DNA from: an uncultured Veillonellaceae bacterium
GTDB lineage: Bacteria > Bacillota > Negativicutes > JARBTT01
Direction of reading: 5' to 3'
NCBI GenBank assembly: GCA_963805085.1
Contig: CAWDTA010000001.1
Coordinates: 128,001-192,000, forward strand
DNA length: 64,000 bases
Part shown: one piece after another, positions 1 through 10,191 of the stretch
How positions within the stretch are numbered: the first letter of the stretch is position 1
How the letters are laid out: every line of letters begins with the position of its first letter
Position numbers and translations under genes: made by a program
The notes under the pieces: generated by a model
Told to the model about the DNA's origin: nothing
The model's database searches: none
Seen by the model: only the letters and a program-made list of their open reading frames with translations

Positions 1-298
1 TTTTCACACCACTAATGGAAGCTTCGTCAATATTAGCGCCATTGGCTTTTTGTTCTTCCATTGCAGCTGTAATACCCATGATTGATGTAGCAACGAATGG
101 TTGGGTATTAAAGAATTCGAGATGTCTTTTCAAAGCGAGTTTTAATTCTTCGCCTTGGTATAGTTTTTTGAGTACAGGGATTAAACTTACGCAAAATCCG
201 ATGGATTGCATTCTTTCAAAGTTGAAGGACCCTAATAAGAAGTTAGAGCGAATGAACATTGAGACTAAGTCACTTTTTGTTACTTTTTTTTCAGTCAT
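1..298 (-). CDS. PTS mannose/fructose/sorbose family IID component (runs off window start)
   Basis: Minus-strand translation from ATG at 298: MTEKKVTKSDLVSMFIRSNFLLGSFNFERMQSIGF...RHLEFFNTQP, the ManZ-type signature; SD GAGGAGG upstream. Confidence 0.92.
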   Translation of the reverse strand, partial: MTEKKVTKSDLVSMFIRSNFLLGSFNFERMQSIGFCVSLIPVLKKLYQGEELKLALKRHLEFFNTQPFVATSIMGITAAMEEQKANGANIDEASISGVK

Positions 299-318
299 GA
301 TAATATCCTCCTCATCAA

Positions 319-1110
319 TTATAATAAATCCGAATCGTCAACTCCATCAACGCCACTAGCATTAGCTACAGCTGCGTTACCTTGGTTTGCGATTGATTTA
401 ATGTGGAATATTGCAGCGATTACACCGACAGCACCAAACCCAATTAAATTGAAGTTTGTAAAAGCTGCGAGTAAGAAACCGATGAAGAAGAAGGGCATAA
501 GAGATTTTGCATTCATCATGTTAATAACCATTGCATACCCTACGACAACGATAAAGCCACCAGATACTTGTAAGCCTCTAGTGATAACTTCAGGGATAGA
601 AGAAAGCATTGCATTCACTGCATCGGTACCGGCAAGTACACCTACGATTGCAGCAGGAACTGCAACACGAATACCTTGCAGCATAAGACCTAAAAAGTGA
701 CACATTTCAATGCCTCTGGTATTTCCCTCAGCGGCGTATTTATCAGCTAAATGTTGAAAAAATACTGTGATTGTTCTAACAAAAATGGTAAGAACTTGAC
801 CAGCAGCAGCAATTGGAATCGCAACTGCGATTCCAGCACCGATGGATTGATGTCCAACGATAACTAAGATGGCAGAAATAACACTGGCAAGTGCAGCATC
901 TGGCGCCATTGCAGCACCAACGTTCATCCAGCCAAGTGCTAATAATTCTAAAGTACCACCAAGAATAATACCTGTTGTCATATCGCCTAATACAAGTCCA
1001 ACTAAAGTACAAGCGATTAATGGTCTATGTGTTTGTGCTTCATCTAGCACGCTTCCCATACCAGCAATTGCTGCAACTAATATTAATAAAATTAATTGTA
1101 AAGAGTCCAT
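319..1110 (-). CDS. PTS mannose/fructose/sorbose family IIC component
   Basis: HRPLIACTLVGLVLGD...GGTLELLALGWMNVGAA ManY signature; hydrophobic. Confidence 0.93.
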   Translation of the reverse strand: MDSLQLILLILVAAIAGMGSVLDEAQTHRPLIACTLVGLVLGDMTTGIILGGTLELLALGWMNVGAAMAPDAALASVISAILVIVGHQSIGAGIAVAIPIAAAGQVLTIFVRTITVFFQHLADKYAAEGNTRGIEMCHFLGLMLQGIRVAVPAAIVGVLAGTDAVNAMLSSIPEVITRGLQVSGGFIVVVGYAMVINMMNAKSLMPFFFIGFLLAAFTNFNLIGFGAVGVIAAIFHIKSIANQGNAAVANASGVDGVDDSDLL

Positions 1111-1158
1111 AATAAAATCTCCCCTCGTATATAAGATGTAATTTAAAATAGATTAATT

Positions 1159-1650
1159 TTAGAGTAGACCTTTTGCGTTGAGTGCATCCATAACATTTAC
1201 TTTGCTTTCTGATGCGAGCTTTCTGAGTTCAAGTTCAATGCCTTTTTCATGAAGTTTTTTTAATGAAGCAACATCTTCATCACCAACAGCAACGGCACTA
1301 GAAATAAGTGTTTTACCTTCTTTAAAGCACATGCCGCCAAGGTTAATGGAAGTAAAGGGAATGCCGCCTTCAACTGCTCTTAATGCATCGGTAGGATTCG
1401 TAAATAAAAATAAAGTTTTGAAACTATCATATTTGGGGTTTTTATAAGCTTCAATTAATTTGTCAATCGGTACAACGTAAGCTTTAATTCCTGGAGGGGC
1501 AACTTGCAATAATAACTGTTTTCTTAAACTATCAGCAGCAACTTCATCGCTACCACACATGATTCTGTTGCAACCTGAAGTTTTTGACCATACTGTGGCA
1601 ACTTGTCCGTGAATTAAGCGGTCATCAATTCTTACAAAACTAATTTCCAT
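1159..1650 (-). CDS. PTS mannose/sorbose family IIB component
   Basis: RIDDRLIHGQVATVW phospho-His motif. Confidence 0.95.
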   Translation of the reverse strand: MEISFVRIDDRLIHGQVATVWSKTSGCNRIMCGSDEVAADSLRKQLLLQVAPPGIKAYVVPIDKLIEAYKNPKYDSFKTLFLFTNPTDALRAVEGGIPFTSINLGGMCFKEGKTLISSAVAVGDEDVASLKKLHEKGIELELRKLASESKVNVMDALNAKGLL

Positions 1651-1827
1651 GATATTATCTCCCTCATTTTAATAGTCTGAGTCATAATCAGTCATTCTTA
1701 GCAAATTTAGTCCAATCATCTTGATAAGATGCGATAAAAAATAAGATCATTAAATTTTTAAAATGATAGAACAGAGTTGCTAAGCTTGATGTTTTTAGTA
1801 CACCTCCTTTTATTACTGATTAATATA

Positions 1828-1844
1828 TGCAAGAATGATGCCAA
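1828..1844 (-). promoter_or_regulatory. sigma54 (-24/-12) promoter of the PTS operon
   Basis: Minus strand reads TTGGCATCATTCTTGCA with correct GG-N10-GC spacing; mannose-class PTS operons in Firmicutes are typically sigma54/LevR-type controlled. Confidence 0.8.
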
Positions 1845-2356
1845 TGCAGTGTATTGAAAATATTCATTTCTATGCATAAGATTTCATTTTATCAATAAAA
1901 TCAAGAGTCTGAAGATTATAAATATTTATAATAAAATAGATTTTAATTAACGAAAAGAAACTGAATTGACACACAAATTAAAATTAGTGATACAGATAAA
2001 AGGATGAAATGATATTTATAGAGAAAAATGATACTGAAATTTATCAATTAATACACAAATGCATAAAATGATTTATTTTAAATATAAACCGGTTAACAAA
2101 ATTAATCTTATAATTATGCATAAATATTCATTAAATGATAAAAATATTCAAAAAAAATCAAATCGTCAAAATTTAAATAATTACATTTTATAAAATAGTT
2201 AACGAAACAAAGAAAAAATGAAATTAAAGGTATAACTATACAACGGGTAGCAAAAGTTAAGGAATGCGCATAGTCTATTTTATCTAATTGAAAGGTTAAG
2301 ATTAGTTATTTAATGAAAGCTAAAGTTTGTTATAACTTCATAAAGGGGTTGAAGGT

Positions 2357-4207
2357 ATGTGTGGGATTACCGGTTGGCTTAATTGGGACGGTGGTTTAGA
2401 CTCGCGGCAAAATAGAAGAATTTTATCGAAGATGATAGAAACTTTGCAGTTACGTGGCCCAGATGACAATGGAGAGTATATCAAATCACAAGTTGCTTTT
2501 GGCCATCGGAGATTAAGTGTTGTTGATCCTGAAAATGGAGCCCAACCAATGGTGAAAAAATGTGGTCAATATGAATGCGTCATTACTTATAATGGCGAAC
2601 TTTATAATACGACAGAGCTCAGAAATGAATTAGAAGGAAAAGGATATCAGTTTGCTACAAATTGTGACACCGAGGTTTTGCTTGTTTCATATATTGAGTA
2701 TGGAACATCTTGTGTAAATAAATTAAATGGAATTTTTGCTTTCGGCATTTGGGATGAGGCCAAGGAAAGACTATTTCTGGCTCGCGATCGTATTGGTGTT
2801 AAGCCATTGTTTTATGCTGAAAGAGAAAAGCAATTTGTGTTTGGTTCAGAAATAAAAACATTGTTGGCGAATCCGTTAATTGAACCTAAGGTTGATATGG
2901 AAGGCTTAGCAGAAGTATTTATGGTTGGACCAGCGAGGACGCCGGGAAATGGTATCTTTCGTGGAATAGAAGAGCTAAAACCAGGCCATTCACTGATTTA
3001 CACTCGGAGTGGAAAGCGTACAATTCGTTACTGGTCGTTATTTAGTAAAGAGCATGAAGACGATTTTGATACAACGGTGCGAAAAGTAAAAGAATTATTG
3101 TTAGATACAGCGAAACGGCAAATGGTTGCAGATGTCAATGTATGTACTTTTTTATCGGGTGGCTTAGATTCTAGTGCTTTGACGGCACTTGCAGCAGATT
3201 ATTATAAAGAAAAAAATCTAGGACAACTATCAACGTATTCCGTGGATTATATCGATAATGAAAAGTACTTTAAAGCCAGTGCTTTTCAGCCAAATTCTGA
3301 TGCGCCATGGGTTGACCGTATGGTTGATGCTTATCAGACCGATCATCACAAGATTCTTGTTGATAATATTGAATTGGCGAAATCACTGAAAAAGGCGACG
3401 ATTGCAAGAGACTTCCCTGGTATGGCAGACGTTGATACCTCACTTTATCTGTTTTCGCGGGAAATAAAAAAAGGTGCAACAGTAGCTTTGTCAGGAGAAT
3501 GCGCAGATGAGGTATTTGGCGGTTATCCGTGGTTCTATCGTGAAGACATGATTCAAGCAGATGCCTTTCCTTGGTCACCAAGGCCGGCAATGCGACTTGA
3601 TTGGTTAAGTGATCATGTAAAATCAAGTTTAGATTTGGTTGATTACGCGCAAAGCCGCTACCAGGATGCTGTCAAGGAAGTACCGAAACTTGCTGGAGAA
3701 ACTAAGATGGAAGCGCGCATGCGGGAAATTTTTTATCTTAGTTTAACGAGATGGATGCCAACACTTCTAGATCGCAAAGACCGTATGAGTATGGCCTTTG
3801 GTTTGGAAGTGCGTGTGCCATATTGTGATCATCGTATTGTTGAATATGCATGGAATGTACCATGGAATATGAAGAACTACCAAAATCGCGAAAAGGGGCT
3901 GCTAAGAGAAGCTTTAACGGGTATACTACCTTATGATGTTTTATGGCGTAAAAAGAGTCCATATCCAAAGACCCATCATCCAGAATACTTGAATATTGTA
4001 CGTAATTGGGCTCTTGATATTTTGAAAGATAGTTCTTCACCTCTAGTACAGCTAGTTAATGTAGAAAAAATCAATGAAATTGCTAAAACTGATTTATCAG
4101 CCAGCAATATTCCGTGGTTCGGTCAATTGATGGGTGGAGCACAATTATTTGCCTATTTGATTCAAGTCGATACTTGGTTAAAACATTATAAGGTGCAAAT
4201 AATATAA
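2357..4207 (+). CDS. asnB: Asparagine synthase (glutamine-hydrolysing), AsnB/AsnO-like
   Basis: N-terminal MCGITG Ntn-amidotransferase, RGPD, LSGGLDSS, SGECADEVFGGY. Confidence 0.93.
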   Translation: MCGITGWLNWDGGLDSRQNRRILSKMIETLQLRGPDDNGEYIKSQVAFGHRRLSVVDPENGAQPMVKKCGQYECVITYNGELYNTTELRNELEGKGYQFATNCDTEVLLVSYIEYGTSCVNKLNGIFAFGIWDEAKERLFLARDRIGVKPLFYAEREKQFVFGSEIKTLLANPLIEPKVDMEGLAEVFMVGPARTPGNGIFRGIEELKPGHSLIYTRSGKRTIRYWSLFSKEHEDDFDTTVRKVKELLLDTAKRQMVADVNVCTFLSGGLDSSALTALAADYYKEKNLGQLSTYSVDYIDNEKYFKASAFQPNSDAPWVDRMVDAYQTDHHKILVDNIELAKSLKKATIARDFPGMADVDTSLYLFSREIKKGATVALSGECADEVFGGYPWFYREDMIQADAFPWSPRPAMRLDWLSDHVKSSLDLVDYAQSRYQDAVKEVPKLAGETKMEARMREIFYLSLTRWMPTLLDRKDRMSMAFGLEVRVPYCDHRIVEYAWNVPWNMKNYQNREKGLLREALTGILPYDVLWRKKSPYPKTHHPEYLNIVRNWALDILKDSSSPLVQLVNVEKINEIAKTDLSASNIPWFGQLMGGAQLFAYLIQVDTWLKHYKVQII

Positions 4208-4484
4208 GGCGATTGATTGATAAAACAGCTGTTTATAATTTTTAAGTCGATTTGGGTTAAAGATATAAATGTCTTAAATAGTAGAGAGAATTTTATAATG
4301 ATTATAAATAGAGTAAATTTTTAAATAAATTTACAAGGGTTATTGTTTATGGTAGTATGAATTTGTAGATAAATTAATCATTGATACGAAATAATATTAT
4401 AAGACGATGTTTTTACATTTTTATGATATCAGCGCTCGTTATGCTTGATTCTTTGCAATAAATTTTACAGAGGTGACTAAAGAG

Positions 4485-4970
4485 ATGAATGTAGAATCAA
4501 TAGAAACAAAAATTGTAATTAGTGAAGTTATGATGCCAAGTAAAGCAAATGTTGCTGGTAATATTCATGGTGGAGAGATCATGAAGCTTATGGATTCGAC
4601 GGCCTATGCAGCGGCAAGAAGGTATGCCCAATCCAATGTAGTTACAGCTCGGGTAGATGAATTGGAGTTTCATTTACCAATTTTAATTGGTCATTTGGTT
4701 GTTTGTACTGCTGAAGTAGTTTTTATTGGGCGCTCCTCATTAGAAGTTGCGGTAGAAGTAGAAGTGGAAGATTTAGATCATAATGGTAAGCGTCAAAAGG
4801 CATTATCAGCTTATTTTACAATGGTAGCTTTAGATGAAAATGCTAGACCAAAATCAGTTCCACCACTGCCACTAAAGACGCAAGAATCCCAAGACAAATT
4901 TGCTGAGGGCAAACGTCGTTATGAAGAACATAAAGCGAAAAAACGCAGACAATTAGAAAAAGCTCAATAA
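4485..4970 (+). CDS. Hotdog-fold acyl-CoA thioesterase (YciA-like)
   Basis: ANVAGNIHGGEIMKLMD, VTARVD, GRSSLEV motifs; SD GAGGTG before ATG 4485 (ORF track starts at GTG 4473). Confidence 0.88.
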   Translation: MNVESIETKIVISEVMMPSKANVAGNIHGGEIMKLMDSTAYAAARRYAQSNVVTARVDELEFHLPILIGHLVVCTAEVVFIGRSSLEVAVEVEVEDLDHNGKRQKALSAYFTMVALDENARPKSVPPLPLKTQESQDKFAEGKRRYEEHKAKKRRQLEKAQ

Positions 4971-4990
4971 AAATAAATAGACTTGAATAT

Positions 4991-5023
4991 AACGAAACCG
5001 TCACAATTTGTGACGGTTTCGTT
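4991..5023 (+). terminator. Intrinsic terminator hairpin
   Basis: aacgaaaccgtcaca-att-tgtgacggtttcgtt. Confidence 0.8.
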
Positions 5024-5428
5024 TCGTATATGAACGGAAAGCGATAATAGCTTTATAGATAAAATGAATAGTTATGATAAGAGGATAATATTAACAGAAG
5101 CTATATAGTCTAAGAAAATATTGAGTTTACAATTAATAGTTGTAGTGTGATGATATGAGATATTTAAAAATACTAAGAAAAACAGAAAATTTAATATGCC
5201 TAGTCTAGAACAAATGAGAAATATACTATATAATAAATATTCTGTAAATTCAGACTAATTGTGCGGTGTTTGGATTTTTTTACTATAAAATAATTGCAAT
5301 TCTATATAAAAAGTCGTATTATAATAAAAAGAATAAATTTAAAACGTATGCTGAGTATACGGAAATATTACATTTATTAACAATAGATACATGCGGAATA
5401 TATATAATTTTAAGGGGGAATTTTAAAA

Positions 5429-6442
5429 ATGAAAATAATTGAAACAAAAGAATTTGATGTGAAATTGATTGATGCAACTGCCATAGTTGAAACAGAAATA
5501 AGGGACAAGCAAAAAGCGGATGAAAACCACCAAAAAGGATATGAAGAAGATATAAAAAATATAGGTAATACAATTGGTAAAGTAGGGCAATTATATCCTA
5601 TCTTGATAAGAAAATTGACAAAAGAGGAAAAAGAAAAGTCCGATAAAAAGACGGCTATATACGGAATTATTGATGGTCATACACGTTTTGCTGCTAATCA
5701 AAAAAATAAAATATATGCTGCTGTTGTTGAGTTAGATGAAAATGAAGATCAGAAAAAACTTGCTTTGATTGCTAATTTTGCAAAGTCTGAAATGACTATG
5801 GATGATAAAGCAGAAGCTGTGTATCAAGAGCAAGAACGACTAAAACGATTGTCAGAAGATAATGTAAAGTTAGGAAAGAAAAAAATAAGTTCGTCTCTTG
5901 AAACATTAGCGCGTACCTTTGGGATAAGTAAAGGATATGTTCAGAAACTTATAAGTTATCATAATCAAAAGATGAAACAAGCAAAAGATGATGATAATAA
6001 AAATGATGGTAATGCAAAAACTAGGATGAACGATTTTACAGATAAGTATGAATTAAAAATCAATGATATCAAAAGTAGCATGAAAGTTATTATAGAAGAT
6101 ACTGATGCGAATCTGGCTTTAGATAGTATTAAAGAAGTAAAAAAATTCACTAAAGAAATTATAGAATATCTTAACTACATAGAAGAACATAAGCCAGAAA
6201 TAAAAGCCGCTAAGAAAAGAAAAGAAGAAATAAAAAAGGCAACAAAAGAGTTTGAGCATAAAAAAGAAAAATTCGAAAAATTACAAGGAAAAATCGAAAA
6301 GCTTCAGAAAAAATTAAATGCAGAAACCAATAAAAAAAATAAGGATAAGCTACAAAAAAATATAAATCAAAAGCAGCAAGAATACAATCATCTTAAAATA
6401 GAACTTGAAAATTTAGAACAAATAATAAGTCCAGCAGCATAA
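5429..6442 (+). CDS. ParB/Srx N-terminal domain protein with HTH and Lys/Glu-rich coiled-coil C-terminus
   Basis: GQLYPILIR and YGIIDGHTRFAA (ParB boxes), ALIAN, HTH-like LETLARTFGISKGYVQKLI; SD AAGGGGG. Confidence 0.7.
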   Translation: MKIIETKEFDVKLIDATAIVETEIRDKQKADENHQKGYEEDIKNIGNTIGKVGQLYPILIRKLTKEEKEKSDKKTAIYGIIDGHTRFAANQKNKIYAAVVELDENEDQKKLALIANFAKSEMTMDDKAEAVYQEQERLKRLSEDNVKLGKKKISSSLETLARTFGISKGYVQKLISYHNQKMKQAKDDDNKNDGNAKTRMNDFTDKYELKINDIKSSMKVIIEDTDANLALDSIKEVKKFTKEIIEYLNYIEEHKPEIKAAKKRKEEIKKATKEFEHKKEKFEKLQGKIEKLQKKLNAETNKKNKDKLQKNINQKQQEYNHLKIELENLEQIISPAA

Positions 6443-6634
6443 ATTAATAAAATTATTGCTGGATTAATGCCCAATATAAAGTTGAATAGCATAATTTAAG
6501 TCGTCTATAGAGTGGAATGGTGAAAAATGAGTCAACTGATTTTTAGTCGGTTGGCTTATTTTTGTGTAAAGAAGCCCTCTCGCTTTGATAAGCGATTTCA
6601 TATACTTTATTAAAGAAGGAGTGGAAGAAGATAT

Positions 6635-7018
6635 ATGAGTAAATGGTTTGATGAATCAGAATTTGTTTGTAAATGCTGTGGGCAGTTACCACCTAATGGT
6701 ATTGATCAAAATCTTTTAAATCTATTAGATGATATTCGCGAAGCAGTCGGTACGTCTTTAATTGTGAATTGTGGTTATAGGTGCGCGCAGCATAATGCAG
6801 AAGTTGGTGGAGTACCAGATAGTCAGCATAACGGAAATCCTTGTACAGCTGCTGATGTTGATGCAACAGATGTTGGCGTAGAAGAACTAGCACAATTGGC
6901 AGAAACGGCGGGTGCCGATGGTGTAGGTCGCTATTTTGGCGAGGCGGGTACTTTCTGTCACATCGATGTAAGAAGCGGAAGAATTGGCGATAGGTTTAGA
7001 TGGACAGAAGGGGCATGA
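6635..7018 (+). CDS. Peptidase M15A family (D-Ala-D-Ala carboxypeptidase-like/YcbK) zinc metallopeptidase
   Basis: EFVCKCCG, CGYRCAQHNAEVGGVPDSQH, AADV, FCHIDVR; SD GAAGGAG. Confidence 0.88.
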   Translation: MSKWFDESEFVCKCCGQLPPNGIDQNLLNLLDDIREAVGTSLIVNCGYRCAQHNAEVGGVPDSQHNGNPCTAADVDATDVGVEELAQLAETAGADGVGRYFGEAGTFCHIDVRSGRIGDRFRWTEGA

Positions 7019-7129
7019 TTTCAAGCAAATAGCTGTAAACAAGAAGCTGAAATAATTAATTTATTGATCGATGTGTAAAATTACTTGCTAAAAATAAACC
7101 GTTATGTTATCCTGTAATTGATATTTGAA

Positions 7130-7408
7130 ATACATTGCAGAGGAATAGTAGGATTTTTAAAGTCATCAGAGAGCTGTTGGGTGGTGAAAAACAGTGATGG
7201 AGAAGATTTGAACTCGCCTTGAAGTAGCTCGCTGAAATGAGAAGAGTAGGTGGAGACGGAGCCTAACCGTTAGCGTAGGAGGATATAAGACTTGAATTCG
7301 AGTCCGTATCTGTGAGAGTGCATACTATAATTGTAGTATGAATTAGAGTGGTAACACGTAAGATGTAAGTCTTTCGTCTCTTTGTGTAGAGATGGAAGGC
7401 TTTTTTGT
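7130..7408 (+). ncRNA. T-box riboswitch, Leu (CUC specifier)
   Basis: AGTA S-turn, CAGAGAG...GGTGGTGAAA distal loop, GAA-CTC at 7210-7215, antiterminator AATTAGAGTGGTAACACG 7341-7358, terminator ending in a T run; lies upstream of leuA. Confidence 0.9.
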
Positions 7409-7444
7409 TGTAATTTAAAGTTGATATGTGAGAGGATGTAAGAG

Positions 7445-9103
7445 ATGAAAAATTTTGAAAAGTATACAAGAGGATATTTCATGCCGCCAGTGGTCGACAT
7501 GAGTTGGACCCAGAAAGAATATGTGGATAAAGCACCAATGTGGTGTAGTGTAGATTTACGTGATGGCAATCAAGCCTTGATTATTCCAATGAATCTAGAG
7601 GAAAAAATCGAGTTCTTCAAATTTTTAGTGAAAATTGGTTTTAAAGAAATTGAAGTTGGTTTTCCTGCGGCTTCTGAAACAGAGTATGAGTTCGTCAGAA
7701 AATTAATTGAAGAAAATCTGATTCCAGATGATGTGACCATTCAAGTACTGACACAATCGCGAGAACATATCATCAAGAAAACTTTTGAAGCCTTAAAAGG
7801 GGCAAAGCAAGCTGTTGTGCATTTATACAATTCAACGTCCGTTGCGCAACGTGAACAAGTATTTAGAAAATCAAAAGAAGAAGTCATCGCCATTGCTGAA
7901 TTTGGCGCAAAATTATTAAATCAGTATGCAAAAGAATACCCAGGTAATTTTAGGTTCGAATATTCGCCAGAGAGCTTTACTGGAACAGAGATGGAATTTG
8001 CCTTAGAAATTAGTAATCGTGTATTAGATATTTGGCAGCCAACGTCAGCGAACAAGGTAATCATCAACTTACCAGCAACGGTTTCTATGTCCATGCCACA
8101 CGTATATGCAGCACAAATTGCTTACATGTCCAGCAATATGAAGTATCGTGAGGATGTGATTTTATCGTTGCATCCACATAATGATCGTGGCTGCGCTGTG
8201 GCTGATTCTGAAATGGGGCTGCTTGCAGGGGCTGATCGTATCGAAGGAACACTATTTGGCAATGGGGAGAGAACAGGTAATGCTGATATTGTAACCATTG
8301 CAATGAATATGTTCGCCCATGGCGTCAATCCAGAACTTGATTTTTCGAATATGCCAGAAATTATTAGCGTTTATGAAAGAATGACACGTATGACCGTCGG
8401 TGCTCGTCAACCATATGCAGGGGAACTTGTTTTCGCGGCCTTCTCTGGATCTCACCAAGATGCAATCGCCAAAGGAATGAAATGGCGTGAAGAAAAAGCT
8501 TGCGACGACTGGACGGTTCCTTACTTGCCAATTGACCCAAAAGATGTTGGGCGCCAGTACGATGGTGATGTGATTCGAATCAATAGCCAATCTGGTAAAG
8601 GTGGCATTGGTTACATCATGGAACAAAAATATGGCTTGGTGATGCCAGCGAAATTGCGTGAAGATTTTGGCTATGCAGTTAAGAATGTATCCGATCACAA
8701 TCATAAAGAATTAATGCCGGATGAAATATATGAGATTTTCCAAAAAGGCTATGTAAATATCGAAACGCCGATTAATGTTACCGATTACAATTTTGTGCGC
8801 AAAAACGGTATCTTTGAAGTTACAGCTAATTTCGTAGTAAATGGAGAAGAAAAAGTATTTGTTGCTACAGGAAATGGCCGTCTTGATGCCATTAGCAGCG
8901 TATTACAAGATGAATTGGGTATCAGATACACCAACTTGACTTATAGTGAGCATGCCTTAGAGCAAGGTTCGAAATCAAGAGCAGCTGCTTATATCAGTGT
9001 TGCTGGCGAAGATGGCAAAGTCGTATGGGGTGCAGGAATCGACAATGATATCATCACCGCATCTGTTAATGCATTGATTAGTGCGGTCAATAGAATGAAA
9101 TAA
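7445..9103 (+). CDS. leuA: 2-isopropylmalate synthase (yeast/actinobacterial-type LeuA)
   Basis: WCSVDLRDGNQAL, HPHNDRG, GNGERTGN, IRINSQSGKGG. Confidence 0.96.
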   Translation: MKNFEKYTRGYFMPPVVDMSWTQKEYVDKAPMWCSVDLRDGNQALIIPMNLEEKIEFFKFLVKIGFKEIEVGFPAASETEYEFVRKLIEENLIPDDVTIQVLTQSREHIIKKTFEALKGAKQAVVHLYNSTSVAQREQVFRKSKEEVIAIAEFGAKLLNQYAKEYPGNFRFEYSPESFTGTEMEFALEISNRVLDIWQPTSANKVIINLPATVSMSMPHVYAAQIAYMSSNMKYREDVILSLHPHNDRGCAVADSEMGLLAGADRIEGTLFGNGERTGNADIVTIAMNMFAHGVNPELDFSNMPEIISVYERMTRMTVGARQPYAGELVFAAFSGSHQDAIAKGMKWREEKACDDWTVPYLPIDPKDVGRQYDGDVIRINSQSGKGGIGYIMEQKYGLVMPAKLREDFGYAVKNVSDHNHKELMPDEIYEIFQKGYVNIETPINVTDYNFVRKNGIFEVTANFVVNGEEKVFVATGNGRLDAISSVLQDELGIRYTNLTYSEHALEQGSKSRAAAYISVAGEDGKVVWGAGIDNDIITASVNALISAVNRMK

Positions 9104-9127
9104 AGGTAAAAGGTAGATGAAACGAAT

Positions 9128-9613
9128 ATGGAGCAAACCATGCTATTGCAAAAAATGATCGAATACTTTGCTGGTGATGCAAAACGTATCCAACATTTTA
9201 TCAAAGTACATAGCTTTGCAAAGATGATTGGACAGCTTGAAGAAATCGATGAAAAGCAGCAGCTGATTTTAGAAACTGCCGCGATTGTACATGATATTGG
9301 GATCAAAAATAGTGAAATCAAATACAAGAGCAGTGCGGGAAAATATCAAGAGATTGAAGGTCCGGCTCCAGCGAAAGCAATGTTACTCAAATTAGGCTAT
9401 GAAGATATAGTGATTGAGCGCGTTGGTTATCTCATTGCCCATCATCATACGTATGACAATATTGAAGGCAGTGATTATCAAATTCTAGTTGAAGCTGACT
9501 TCCTGGTAAATCTTTATGAAGACGGGGTTTCAGAAAATGCCGTTCAAACGGTGAAAAAGAATATTTTTAAAACTGCTAGTGGAACCAGATTGCTAACGAC
9601 GATGTATGCATGA
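9128..9613 (+). CDS. HD-domain phosphohydrolase
   Basis: HFIKVH...VHDIG...HHH...EAD. Confidence 0.85.
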   Translation: MEQTMLLQKMIEYFAGDAKRIQHFIKVHSFAKMIGQLEEIDEKQQLILETAAIVHDIGIKNSEIKYKSSAGKYQEIEGPAPAKAMLLKLGYEDIVIERVGYLIAHHHTYDNIEGSDYQILVEADFLVNLYEDGVSENAVQTVKKNIFKTASGTRLLTTMYA

Positions 9614-9696
9614 AAATTTGGAGAGTATTGAAAAATGAAAAATTGCAATACTCTCTTTTTCTTTACGACATTACAAAACTTTTTTTAAAAATACTA

Positions 9697-9725
9697 TTGA
9701 CATGTAACAGAATAACAACTATAAT
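9697..9725 (+). promoter_or_regulatory. sigmaA promoter of trp leader
   Basis: Perfect TTGACA-N17-TATAAT. Confidence 0.88.
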
Positions 9726-9747
9726 CAAATTAATTTCATACGAGCTA

Positions 9748-10158
9748 CAAAAGCTGTGAGCGGGAAAAGTACATATGTACACTAGAGTTCAGCGAGTCGG
9801 TGACTGATATTGATCAGAGGTGAGATGACCGACCTTCAAGCGCATATCGAATGGTCCTGTGAGTGTCCTTTGAAAACAAAGTAATTTGTGAGTAGGTGGG
9901 AACGGTTGCCTCCGTTATTGGGCTAGGGTATCGGATGTTGTTTATGATATTCCCGTACTTTATAGAGAAGATAATTTTATTATCTGAAATTAGGGTGGCA
10001 ACACGAATGCATTTCGTCCCTTGGTGGGGGTGAAGTGTTTTTTTATTTCTCACATGTATTTCAGAATAATAACGTTATTAAATTAGGGTGGTACAGCGAA
10101 AACCATTTCGCCCCTATATATCAATTGATCTTGGTATATGGGCGGAATGGTTTTTTTT
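9748..10158 (+). ncRNA. T-box riboswitch, Trp (UGG specifier), with two antiterminator/terminator units
   Basis: AGTA, CAGCGAG...GGTGAGA loop, GAA-TGG at 9849-9854; T-boxes AATTAGGGTGGCAACACG (9988-10005) and AATTAGGGTGGTACAGCG (10081-10098), each followed by a terminator. Confidence 0.9.
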
Positions 10159-10191
10159 ATTTTATAAATGAGGATTTAGGAGGAATTTATA

